A DNA stretch of 64,000 bases. It comes from Kiritimatiellia bacterium (lineage in GTDB: Bacteria > Verrucomicrobiota > Kiritimatiellia > RFP12 > UBA3636). Made by a program: the position numbers and the translations under genes. Shown piece by piece: positions 37,575 through 46,818 of this stretch. The stretch lies in NCBI GenBank assembly GCA_017648065.1, contig JAGCJJ010000039.1, positions 10,126 to 74,125 of the forward strand. The letters are read 5' to 3'. The notes under the pieces were generated by a model, which was not told where the DNA came from, did no database searches, and worked only from the letters and a program-made list of their open reading frames with translations. Positions within the stretch are counted from its first letter, which is position 1, and each line of letters opens with the position of its first letter.

Positions 37575-38027
37575 ATGACAATATTATACAACATTCTTGT
37601 AGCTGTTGAGGTAATCATCAGCATTATGCTAATCGGTATCGTATTAATTCAGCGCACTAAGGGTCAGGGTGCAGGTCTAAGCTTCGGTAATGGAGCAGAG
37701 GCTATCTTTGGCGCTCAGATGGGTAATGTATTAACACGCACAACAGTTATTCTTGGTATTCTATTTCTAATCAATACTACAATTCTAGCTATGATTCATC
37801 CTGAGGCTAAGGCTTCTACATCAGCACTTGACCAGGCAATTGCTAAGCAAGAGCAAGCTGCAGCAGAAGCAACAGCAACCGATGTTTCAGTAGAGGAAGC
37901 TCAGGCTCTTCTAGAAACAGCAACAGAAGCAGCTGAAACACCAGCTGCTCCAGCAGAGACTCCTGCAGCTCCTACTGCAGAAGCTCCAGCACCAGTTGCT
38001 GAGACTCCTGCAGCTCAAGCTCAATAA
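37575..38027 (+). CDS. secG: Preprotein translocase subunit SecG with a long Ala/Pro/Glu/Thr-rich C-terminal tail
   Basis: N-terminal SecG domain (LIGIVLIQRTKGQGAGLSFG...) followed by about 75 aa of low-complexity sequence (ETPAAPAETPAAPTAEAPAPVAETPAAQAQ). Follows tpiA, a common arrangement. Confidence 0.8.
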   Translation: MTILYNILVAVEVIISIMLIGIVLIQRTKGQGAGLSFGNGAEAIFGAQMGNVLTRTTVILGILFLINTTILAMIHPEAKASTSALDQAIAKQEQAAAEATATDVSVEEAQALLETATEAAETPAAPAETPAAPTAEAPAPVAETPAAQAQ

Positions 38028-38062
38028 GCAAGCATCATATAAATAGGTTATTGCTTTAGGTT

Positions 38063-39655
38063 ATGACTAGAAAAACCAAAATTAGTATTTCTATTATTGC
38101 GGCAGCCGTAGTTATTGCGGCTGTCGCAATGTGTTGTTTTCCTTCAAATACTTCTACTCCAGAAGTACCTAAGAAAAATAATGTGCTTCTCATTACTTCC
38201 GACAGCACATTACCAGTAGAACAAATTCTAGCTAATTCATTTGGTTTTACTTTTTATGATGACTTAGCAACTTCACCTCTTTCTCTTCCTTCTGGTGCAA
38301 GCCTTATTACAGGTAAAACGCCACGAGAAACAACAATTCGCGTAAATGGTATTGGTTCTATTCCACAAAATATGCCAACCATTGCAACGCATCTTACTAA
38401 GAAGAATTATGCTTGCGGAGCATTTTTCTCTTCTTTAATATTTGCTCAAAGCCATGGTTTGACTAATGGATTTATAGCTTACGATTCTAGCTTTGCTATC
38501 TCTAACAATATTCCTCAATTAGTTTCCGGTGCTGATTTTGTTATCCCTCGAGCAAATAGCTTTATTAAGCGACAAAATACTGTTAACAACAAAGACAGTT
38601 TTGCTTGGATTCATATTTCTGAACCTGTTGTAGGTGATGTTAATTCAGCAGCTTCAGCTGTTGTTAATTTTATTGAAAAGCACAACACACCAAGTACAAC
38701 AATTATTTATACACCACTTGCAAATCCAACAAAAGCCCCATTCGCAGGAATCACTTTGGAGGAATGTCGTGTACGCTTAGGTGTAAACAAAAACAATTTA
38801 ATTCCGCAAAATACAATTATTTCTTTGATGGATGTGCCAGAAATTATTTTGGCATCAATAGAACAAAAGGCTATTGAAACAAATCTTCTTGCAACACCTA
38901 CTGCTGAAGCTATTTTGCCATGGTATGCATTTAATCTTCCTCCTAAGCGTTTAGGCTGGGAAGGGGACTGGGGTTTAAGTGAGGTAAAACCACAGGTTCA
39001 GCCATCTCGTTTTGAAACATTCTCAATATTTATGCATGGTATAGAAGGAGAGGGACTGATTCCTCCTTATCCTTCAACAAATGTTTTGCACTCTGTAACT
39101 AATGAGGCCGCTTTCTATGCAGAAGCTGCAGCAGCAAAAACCAATTCAGTAGAGCATCTAAAGGCTTTTGTGGCAAAGTATCCAACTGTTCCTCTTTTCC
39201 ATTATTGGTATGCTGAAGCACTTTACAATACTGGCGACTATATGGAGGCATGTAATGCTTATGGTCGTGCATCACACTATGGATACAACATGCTAATTTC
39301 AATTTCTCGCCAATCACTCTGCCACACAAAGCTAAGCAATATCCCTGCAGCAATTGAACGAGCAGAAAATGCATTCCTTTTGAATCCAACAGATTTTGTT
39401 TTACGTAAGGAGCTATCATCCATTCTTTATTCTACTGGTGTTTCTATGTACAATGCAAAGAACTATCCAACAGCTAAAGAGTGTTTGAATCGTGTGCTTT
39501 GGCTGACTCCATCACAGCTTGACGCTTATGTTCAGATGGGTAATATTTATCTTGCAGAGGGCAATACAAATGCTGCAATAAATGTTGTAAATCAGGCATT
39601 AAAGCTAAAACCAGAGTATGCTCCAGCTAAGAAGCTTCTAGAAAATATTAAATAG
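38063..39655 (+). CDS. Membrane-anchored protein with a degenerate sulfatase/alkaline-phosphatase-like N-domain and C-terminal TPR repeats
   Basis: N-terminal TM anchor. NNVLLITSDS...ASLITGKTP resembles the sulfatase core but lacks the C/S-x-P-x-R formylglycine motif. C-terminal TPR-like helices (YNTGDYMEACNAYGRA, LAEGNTNAAINVVNQALKLKPEYAP). Confidence 0.5.
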   Translation: MTRKTKISISIIAAAVVIAAVAMCCFPSNTSTPEVPKKNNVLLITSDSTLPVEQILANSFGFTFYDDLATSPLSLPSGASLITGKTPRETTIRVNGIGSIPQNMPTIATHLTKKNYACGAFFSSLIFAQSHGLTNGFIAYDSSFAISNNIPQLVSGADFVIPRANSFIKRQNTVNNKDSFAWIHISEPVVGDVNSAASAVVNFIEKHNTPSTTIIYTPLANPTKAPFAGITLEECRVRLGVNKNNLIPQNTIISLMDVPEIILASIEQKAIETNLLATPTAEAILPWYAFNLPPKRLGWEGDWGLSEVKPQVQPSRFETFSIFMHGIEGEGLIPPYPSTNVLHSVTNEAAFYAEAAAAKTNSVEHLKAFVAKYPTVPLFHYWYAEALYNTGDYMEACNAYGRASHYGYNMLISISRQSLCHTKLSNIPAAIERAENAFLLNPTDFVLRKELSSILYSTGVSMYNAKNYPTAKECLNRVLWLTPSQLDAYVQMGNIYLAEGNTNAAINVVNQALKLKPEYAPAKKLLENIK

Positions 39656-39690
39656 TGTTAGAATTTTAATATAAAAACCAAGGTGAAATT

Positions 39691-41199
39691 ATGTCAGAAG
39701 AAAATAATAATTTAGCTACAGAAAATACAAACGAGTATCGCGCTCAGCGCCTCGCAAACCTTAAGGCTCTTGAGGAGCTAGGCTATAATCCATTTGGTGC
39801 TGCATTTGATCGTACAGGTGATGTTGCTACTATTCGCGCTCTATGGACTTATCCAATTGAGGCTGCAACACCTGAAAAGCCACACGCTGAAGGTCCAGCA
39901 GAGCCAATTGCAGTTAAAGCTGCTGGTAGAATGATGGCTTGCCGTAATATGGGTAAGACAATCTTTGCTGATTTACGCGATGGTACTGGCCGTATACAGT
40001 TGTTTGTAAACGGAAAGAATTTGCCAGAAGGCGCTTTTGATGCATTCAAACTACTAGACCTTGGTGACCATATTGGTATTGAGGGTGATTTGTTTGTAAC
40101 ACGTACAGGTGAGTTGTCAATCAGAATGACAAATTGGACACTTCTATCTAAGGCAATTATGCAGCCACCTGAGAAGTTCCACGGCCTACAGGATCAAGAG
40201 GATCGCTACCGCATGCGTTATCTTGACCTAATGTCAAATGCAGAGTCACGTGATCGCTTCAATAAGCGTATTGCAATTGTTGCTGAGATCCGTAAGTATC
40301 TAACAAGCCGTGGCTTTGTTGAGGTAGAGACACCAATGATGCAGCCTCAGCCAGGTGGTGCAGCAGCTCGTCCATTTATGACTCACTACAATGCTCTTGA
40401 TTGCACAATGTATATGCGTATTGCTCCAGAGTTATATCTAAAGCGCTTGCTTGTTGGTGGCTTTGATAAGGTATTTGAGCTAAACCGCAATTTCCGTAAC
40501 GAAGGTCTTGACCGCACACACAACCCTGAGTTTACTGTATTGGAAATCTATGAGGCTTATGGCGATCGCACATCTATGAAGAATATCATAGAGGGCATGA
40601 TTCCTCAGATTTGTGATAATGTTCTAGGTACTCGTAAGGTTAAGTATGGCGAGGGTGAGCTAGATTTCACACCTCCTTATCGTGAGGTTGCATATCATGA
40701 TTTGGTTCGTGATCGCATGGGTGCAGATTGGTTTGATTTAGATGTTCCAACAGCTAGAGCAAAGGCTGAAGCTGAGGGTCTTGAGATTGATCCAAGCTGG
40801 GGTCATTTGCTAATTACTCACGAGGTATATGATAAGCTAATCGAGAAGACTCTGTTCCAGCCAACATTTGTTACACGCGTTCCACATGAGTTTGTTCCAT
40901 TGGCAAAGACTTGCCCAGATGATCCAACTCTAGCTGATGTATTTGAGTTTGTTGTTGGTGGTAAAGAACTATGCCCTGGTTATACAGAGCAGAACAATCC
41001 AATCAATCAGCGTGAGGCATTTGAGGTTCAGGCTGGTGATGAAGTAGAGAAGATTGATGAAGATTTCATTACTGCACTTGAATATGGTATGCCACCAGCA
41101 GGTGGTTTGGGCTTGGGTATTGACCGAATTGTTATGATGCTTACAGGCACAGAGGTAATTCGTGATGTTATCCTATTCCCACAGCTAAAGCAAAAATAA
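39691..41199 (+). CDS. lysS: Lysyl-tRNA synthetase (class II)
   Basis: 502 aa with an N-terminal OB anticodon-binding domain and class II motifs (FRNEG, GGLGLGIDRIVM). SD AAGGTGAAATT-ATG. Confidence 0.95.
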   Translation: MSEENNNLATENTNEYRAQRLANLKALEELGYNPFGAAFDRTGDVATIRALWTYPIEAATPEKPHAEGPAEPIAVKAAGRMMACRNMGKTIFADLRDGTGRIQLFVNGKNLPEGAFDAFKLLDLGDHIGIEGDLFVTRTGELSIRMTNWTLLSKAIMQPPEKFHGLQDQEDRYRMRYLDLMSNAESRDRFNKRIAIVAEIRKYLTSRGFVEVETPMMQPQPGGAAARPFMTHYNALDCTMYMRIAPELYLKRLLVGGFDKVFELNRNFRNEGLDRTHNPEFTVLEIYEAYGDRTSMKNIIEGMIPQICDNVLGTRKVKYGEGELDFTPPYREVAYHDLVRDRMGADWFDLDVPTARAKAEAEGLEIDPSWGHLLITHEVYDKLIEKTLFQPTFVTRVPHEFVPLAKTCPDDPTLADVFEFVVGGKELCPGYTEQNNPINQREAFEVQAGDEVEKIDEDFITALEYGMPPAGGLGLGIDRIVMMLTGTEVIRDVILFPQLKQK

Positions 41200-41228
41200 G
41201 TTTTGACCTTTTTTGAAATAGCAAATAA

Positions 41229-41272
41229 GGCTACTATGAAACTTTTGTTTTGTAGTAGCCATTATTATTTTA
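41229..41272 (+). terminator. Putative terminator after lysS
   Basis: GGCTACTA-(16 nt loop)-TAGTAGCC hairpin (41229-41260) followed by the AT-rich ATTATTATTTT. The U-tract is interrupted. Confidence 0.35.
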
Positions 41273-41400
41273 TAGATATAAATACATTTTTATTTTTGTT
41301 TTTTTCAGTATTTTAGCTATTAAAATTGTCCGTTTAATTGACTTTATGTAGTTAATATAGTAAAATTTAAAGCAAAAACTCTCGAGAATTTTATTAATAT

Positions 41401-43218
41401 ATGAAAAAACATTTTCACTTTTTTATTTTTGGACTTTTCTGTGTAAGCATATGTGGCTGTAAATCACCAGAAGAGTGGCTCGTTGATGCAGACCAAAAGG
41501 CTACTGCACATATTAAAGCTGCACAAATACGTGATAATTTACGCGTAGAAGAAATTAATGTAGAGAATCCTTCAGACACATTACGCCGACGACTAATTGA
41601 GGCTCAAGGCTTAACTATTGCTGATCCGTTAGCTTCTACTTCATCAAAAGAACCTATATCTGTTGATGAATCATCAAAAGAACCAATTTACATTTCATTA
41701 GAAGATGCTTTAAAAATAGCCGCTGCTGAGAGCCGGGAATTTCGCTCAAAAAAAGAAGATTTGTATAAGTCTGCACTAGCTCTGGATCTTGAAGCACATA
41801 ACTTTAGAACAACATTTACTGGACTTTTTACTTCACGCATAAGTACATCTCGTGCAGAACATAGCACTCCTATTACAGGAAACGATAATAGACTCAAACT
41901 TGGTGCTAATCATACTTTTAAGAATGGTACTGAATTAACAAGTAGTGTTGCAATAGATTTAGCAAAAATGCTTTCTGCAGAAAAGGATAGTGCATGGGGT
42001 ATTATTGCTGATGCAAGTATTACAATTCCATTGCTTCGTGGAGCAGGGCGCTTTGTAGTAGAAGAGCCTCTAATTCAAGCAGAGCGAGATCTAGTATATA
42101 ACTTAAGAGAATTTGAGCAATATAAGCGTAATTTTATTGTTTCAATTTCTACAACATATTTTAATGTATTGCTTTCTAATAGACAGCTACGAAACCAAGA
42201 TGAAAATTACAAACGTGCTGTTGCATCCACTCGCCGTTCTCGCCGTCTTGCAGATGCTGGACGACTTCAGGAATATGAATTTGACCAATCATATCAAAAT
42301 GAGTTAGATGCTCGTAATAGTTGGGTTGCTGCATATAGTAAATACGATAGTATGCTAGAAAGTTTCCGTGTCTCATTAGGTTTACCTCCTGATGCTTTGG
42401 TTTTCCCTTATGAAGCAGAGCTAACAAAGCTACAAGAATATACAAAAAGCTTTGCTGCTATCGAGACAGAAAAATATGAAGCAGAAGGCGCTATTGACTG
42501 GGATAAGATTGAACTAAAGAAACCTGATTCTAAAAATATAGGACCATTGGAATTAGATGAAAAGACAGCATTAGCTATTGCTTTTGAAAATCGCCCTGAT
42601 TTACAAACAGCTCGTGACAGAGTAGACGACAGTGAGCGTAAGCTTCGCATTGCTGCAGACAATTTACGCACTGAGATAACAATCGGTGGCAGTGCTTCTA
42701 CTGGCGAATCAAGAAGTTATGGAAATGCAGGTAAAGGAAACGCAAAATTCAAGCCTATATATGGAAGCTATAGTGCATTATTAAGCATTGATTTACCATT
42801 TGAAAGAACTTATGAACGTAATGCATACAGAAATGCATTTTTCACATATGACAAAGCAGTAAGAAATTATCAAGAAGCAGAAGATAATCTAAAGAAAGAA
42901 GTGTATAACATTGTACGTTCATTAAGAGAAACCAGAGAAACTTTAACAATTCAATTTATGGCATTATCTTTGGCTCAGCGTCGCGTAGAAAGTATGGATA
43001 TCCTTCTTCAAGCAGGTCGCGTTGATATGACTGATGTATTAGGAGCACAGCAATCACTTTTGGCTGCTCAAAATTCATTATATTCAGCAATTGTCAGCTA
43101 TAGAATTCGCGAGCTAGAGTTTCAAAGCAAACTAGGTGTGCTTGATGTTACTGCAGCAGGTACATGGTTTGAATTTAATCCAAAAGAATATTTAACTTCA
43201 AAAGGAAACAATCAATAA
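41401..43218 (+). CDS. TolC/NodT-family outer-membrane efflux lipoprotein
   Basis: Lipoprotein signal with lipobox (LFCVSICGC). 605 aa with two OEP-type repeat halves, rich in Ala/Leu/Gln helical repeats typical of TolC-like channels. Confidence 0.7.
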   Translation: MKKHFHFFIFGLFCVSICGCKSPEEWLVDADQKATAHIKAAQIRDNLRVEEINVENPSDTLRRRLIEAQGLTIADPLASTSSKEPISVDESSKEPIYISLEDALKIAAAESREFRSKKEDLYKSALALDLEAHNFRTTFTGLFTSRISTSRAEHSTPITGNDNRLKLGANHTFKNGTELTSSVAIDLAKMLSAEKDSAWGIIADASITIPLLRGAGRFVVEEPLIQAERDLVYNLREFEQYKRNFIVSISTTYFNVLLSNRQLRNQDENYKRAVASTRRSRRLADAGRLQEYEFDQSYQNELDARNSWVAAYSKYDSMLESFRVSLGLPPDALVFPYEAELTKLQEYTKSFAAIETEKYEAEGAIDWDKIELKKPDSKNIGPLELDEKTALAIAFENRPDLQTARDRVDDSERKLRIAADNLRTEITIGGSASTGESRSYGNAGKGNAKFKPIYGSYSALLSIDLPFERTYERNAYRNAFFTYDKAVRNYQEAEDNLKKEVYNIVRSLRETRETLTIQFMALSLAQRRVESMDILLQAGRVDMTDVLGAQQSLLAAQNSLYSAIVSYRIRELEFQSKLGVLDVTAAGTWFEFNPKEYLTSKGNNQ

Positions 43219-43221
43219 CGA

Positions 43222-44352
43222 ATGAAGAAGCAATCGCATTTTTTCAAAACCATACGTTTAGTATTGTTTGTTTTATTATTACAATTTACTTGTTCATTTG
43301 CCTATTCGTCTCCAACGGCAAATGGCAATGGTTCTGAATTACGTGTTGCTTTTTGGAATGTTGAAAATCTTTTTGATACAGTGGTAAATGGTCCATCAAA
43401 GCACAAAGATAAAGATTTTACGCCATCTTCATGGAGACGTTGGACACCTCAACGCTATTCACAGAAGCTTGACCACTTGGCGCATGTATTAAATGCAATG
43501 CAACCTGATGTTATTGGTATGGCAGAGGTTGAAAATCTTGATGTATTACAAGATTTAAATAAACGATTAGATGAAAAATATGGTTGGAAGCTTCCATACA
43601 TTGGACATATTGATTCCTCTGATGCTCGAGGCATAGATCAAGCAGTAATGTCTAAATATCCAATTTTATCTACTCACCTCGTAGCACACACATATGGAAG
43701 AAGAGGTGTATTAGTAGTTGTTGTTGATGTAAACGGACATCCTATTACATTTATGGTTAACCATTGGAAATCTCCGATTGGAGATTACAAGGAAAACATG
43801 AAAACTCGCTCAGAGGAAGCAAATGCGTTACGCGAAGAATTGACTAAGCGTTATAATAGAGCAAATGACATGAGCTTTGTTATTATGGGTGATTTTAATG
43901 AGGATTGTGATGACACAACGCTAATAAATGTTTTACGCGTTTCAAAAACAAGAAAACAAACATTAAAGCATGCTGATGGGCCATTGGCGCTTTATCATTT
44001 AGCATTTGATTTACCTGCAAGTGAGCGTAAAACTTATTACTACGCTCGCCGTTCTGTATGGAATTCTTTTGATGGAATAATTGTTCCTGTCACATTACTT
44101 CCAGAAGAAAAAGACTCTAAATGTTATTGGAAAGTTAAAGATAAAAAATCTTTTAAGGTTTTCACTCTTCCTGAAATGAAGGAACCTGGTGATGGGCGAC
44201 CAAGAGCTTTTAGACGTGTTCGTATTAAAGGCAAACCAAATAACTATTACGAAGAAGGTTATTCAGATCATTTTCCTGTAATTGTTACTCTTGCTCCAGC
44301 AAGTTCGATAAACGAAACTAAAGAGTCTTCTCAAAAGGTTAAATTACCATGA
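43222..44352 (+). CDS. Secreted endonuclease/exonuclease/phosphatase (EEP)-family protein
   Basis: Signal peptide present. EEP catalytic motifs are present: VAFWNVENLFD, DVIGMAEVEN, GDFNE, SDHFPV. Starts 3 nt after the tolC-like stop. Confidence 0.8.
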   Translation: MKKQSHFFKTIRLVLFVLLLQFTCSFAYSSPTANGNGSELRVAFWNVENLFDTVVNGPSKHKDKDFTPSSWRRWTPQRYSQKLDHLAHVLNAMQPDVIGMAEVENLDVLQDLNKRLDEKYGWKLPYIGHIDSSDARGIDQAVMSKYPILSTHLVAHTYGRRGVLVVVVDVNGHPITFMVNHWKSPIGDYKENMKTRSEEANALREELTKRYNRANDMSFVIMGDFNEDCDDTTLINVLRVSKTRKQTLKHADGPLALYHLAFDLPASERKTYYYARRSVWNSFDGIIVPVTLLPEEKDSKCYWKVKDKKSFKVFTLPEMKEPGDGRPRAFRRVRIKGKPNNYYEEGYSDHFPVIVTLAPASSINETKESSQKVKLP

Positions 44353-44759
44353 GTGAGGGTGTATTAGGTTCTGCAAAACGTGATCAATTACAAGCTCGCA
44401 TGACCACATTAGGTATTGCTGAGGCAGATCTGATTGAAAAATTTGTACAGGGTAGTGGTAGTGGTGGACAAAAGATAAACAAGACCTCATCTTGTGTTTA
44501 TCTTAAGCATGCACCAAGTGGGCGAGAAATTAAATGCCAAAAAACACGCTCATTATCACTCAATCGTTATTATGCACGCGTAGAATTATGTGAGCAGATT
44601 GAGGAGGAAATACTTGGAGAAAAGAGTAAGCGTCAGCAAGAAATAGAAAAGATTCGTCGACAAAAGAGGCGACGCTCCCGTAAGCAACGAGCCAAGATGC
44701 TTGATGACAAGCACAAGCATTCTGAAAAGAAAGACCTTAGAAAAGCTGTAGAATTTTAG
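44349..44759 (+). CDS. arfB: Alternative ribosome-rescue factor ArfB (GGQ peptidyl-tRNA hydrolase)
   Basis: 136 aa with a GGQ motif (GSGSGGQKINKTSS) and a basic C-terminal tail (RRQKRRRSRKQRAK). Its ATG overlaps the EEP stop as ATGA (44349-44352). Confidence 0.8.
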   Translation: MSEGVLGSAKRDQLQARMTTLGIAEADLIEKFVQGSGSGGQKINKTSSCVYLKHAPSGREIKCQKTRSLSLNRYYARVELCEQIEEEILGEKSKRQQEIEKIRRQKRRRSRKQRAKMLDDKHKHSEKKDLRKAVEF

Positions 44760-44795
44760 AAGGTTTATTATTTGTTTTGTAGTAGGAGATATTAT

Positions 44796-46700
44796 ATGAA
44801 ACAGATATATTTTATTATATTAGCATTTACATTACCAACATTAGCACTTGCGATCGATGCGTCTATAGCTCCTGCAAATCCAGCATTTACTAGTTGGCAA
44901 AGAAGTGGGGGAGTTAATACAATTTCCAACTCTGATACAACAATTTCAGCTAATACTCAATCTAAAATAATGTATTCTGATAATTCTTCAGAAGACTACG
45001 ATTCAATGAGTAATGGTAATTTTGGATATATTCCTTCTCCAGTAAATCGAACACATCTTACAAATGGAGTTGAGTTATTAAGTTTTGATGGTAATGATCT
45101 TGTAAGAATTGGTGCAGATGCAAGAGCTTCTGCATTACCTTCAAAATATGATTGCAGAGAAGATTATGGTGTTACATCTGTAAAAAATCAAGCTCCTTAT
45201 GGTTCTTGTTGGGCATTTGCAGCAATAGCATCAATTGAAGGAAACATACTTAAAACAGAAGGTAAAATCAGAGATTTCTCCGAAAATAATATGGTAAATC
45301 TTCATGGTTTTGAATGGGGCTTTGATGATGGTGGCAATGAAGATTTATCTATTGCTTATTTGACAAGAAATAATGGACCTGTGGCAGAAGCTTTAGATAC
45401 ATATCCATCTGTTGGTACCAGTACTAATCAACTTGCTGTCAGACAAGTACAACGTGTAATGTTTATTCCTACAAGAACAAGCCATACTGATAATGTTGCT
45501 ATTAAGCAAGCAGTACTAGATTATGGTCCTTTAGCTATTACTTATTATCATAATAGTAACTATTTTAAATCAACATACAATTCATATTATTACAATGATA
45601 ATTCTGCATATCCAAATCATTATGTAACGCTTATAGGTTGGGATGATGATTTTCCTGCTTCTAATTTTAAAAACACACCGCCTGGAAATGGTGCTTTCAT
45701 CATAAAAAACAGTTATGGGAAAGGGTGGGGTGAAAAAGGTTTTTTCTATATTTCTTATTACGATAATGTACTTGGTTTTGATTCAATTATTTCTTATCAA
45801 AATGCAAAAAAAATCAATTGTTTTGGTAGAATTTATGACTATACGCCTTATGGTAAAGTTGCTGCTTTTGGATACAACAATAGTACAGAAGCTGAGATGG
45901 CAAATATGTTTACAGCTGAGGCAACAGAAAAGCTAGGTGCAGTGAGTTTTTATAGTCCTGTACCAAACACTCAATATACATTAAAAATATACACTAATTG
46001 TCGAAGCGGACGACCAACATCTGGTAATTGCGTATACAATTCATCTGGTACAATTCCTTTTGCTGGATATGAAACAATTCATTTGTCTGAACCAGTTAAT
46101 ATAACAGCTGGCAAATTATTTTCTGTGTATTTATATTTAAATTCTCCGAACTATGATTCTCCTATGTCTATAGAATTTAATTATTATCCAACATATTTGA
46201 ACAAATCGGAATCCAAAAGTGGTCAATCATATTATAAGCATCCACAAAACTTTAGTTGGAGTGATTTATATAATACATATGGAAGTTATGGAGCGAATTT
46301 ATGTATTAAAGCATTTGCAATTGGATCTACGACAAATTCAGTGGTTCCTGTACCATATTCATGGTTAGATAAATATCCGACATTACTTTCTGCTAATCAG
46401 AATGATTATGAAAAAGCAGCAAATTCTGTTGCTGCAAATGGATTAGACGTATATGAGAATTATATTGCAGGATTAGATCCGACAGATGCATCAAGTTGTT
46501 TTAATGCGAATATTTCGTTTACAAACGATGTTCCATGTATTGGCTGGTCAACATCTTTGAATCCAGATGGATTTAAGGAAGGATTACGTTGGTATACAAT
46601 ATATGGAAAGAAATTATTGGATGATGCAGATTGGGAAGAAGTTATAGATGGGAAAGAAAGCAATTATAATTTCTTTAAGGTTAACGTAGAGCTTCCATAG
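44796..46700 (+). CDS. Secreted papain-like (C1 family) cysteine peptidase with a ~250-aa C-terminal extension
   Basis: The ORF-tool start at 44772 is TTG. ATG at 44796 with SD AGGAGAT gives a signal peptide (MKQIYFIILAFTLPTLALA). Catalytic Cys context QAPYGSCWAFAA, His context NHYVTLIGWDDD, and Asn/Trp context NSYGKGWGEKGFFYIS are present. Confidence 0.8.
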   Translation: MKQIYFIILAFTLPTLALAIDASIAPANPAFTSWQRSGGVNTISNSDTTISANTQSKIMYSDNSSEDYDSMSNGNFGYIPSPVNRTHLTNGVELLSFDGNDLVRIGADARASALPSKYDCREDYGVTSVKNQAPYGSCWAFAAIASIEGNILKTEGKIRDFSENNMVNLHGFEWGFDDGGNEDLSIAYLTRNNGPVAEALDTYPSVGTSTNQLAVRQVQRVMFIPTRTSHTDNVAIKQAVLDYGPLAITYYHNSNYFKSTYNSYYYNDNSAYPNHYVTLIGWDDDFPASNFKNTPPGNGAFIIKNSYGKGWGEKGFFYISYYDNVLGFDSIISYQNAKKINCFGRIYDYTPYGKVAAFGYNNSTEAEMANMFTAEATEKLGAVSFYSPVPNTQYTLKIYTNCRSGRPTSGNCVYNSSGTIPFAGYETIHLSEPVNITAGKLFSVYLYLNSPNYDSPMSIEFNYYPTYLNKSESKSGQSYYKHPQNFSWSDLYNTYGSYGANLCIKAFAIGSTTNSVVPVPYSWLDKYPTLLSANQNDYEKAANSVAANGLDVYENYIAGLDPTDASSCFNANISFTNDVPCIGWSTSLNPDGFKEGLRWYTIYGKKLLDDADWEEVIDGKESNYNFFKVNVELP

Positions 46701-46818
46701 TTAAAATTTATTCTATACAAAGTAAATAAAACGTATTCAACCTATATTTATGCAACATAATATATATTATGCGACGTTATAGATAAGCCTCTACCACTAA
46801 TACATTTTTACTAATTAT

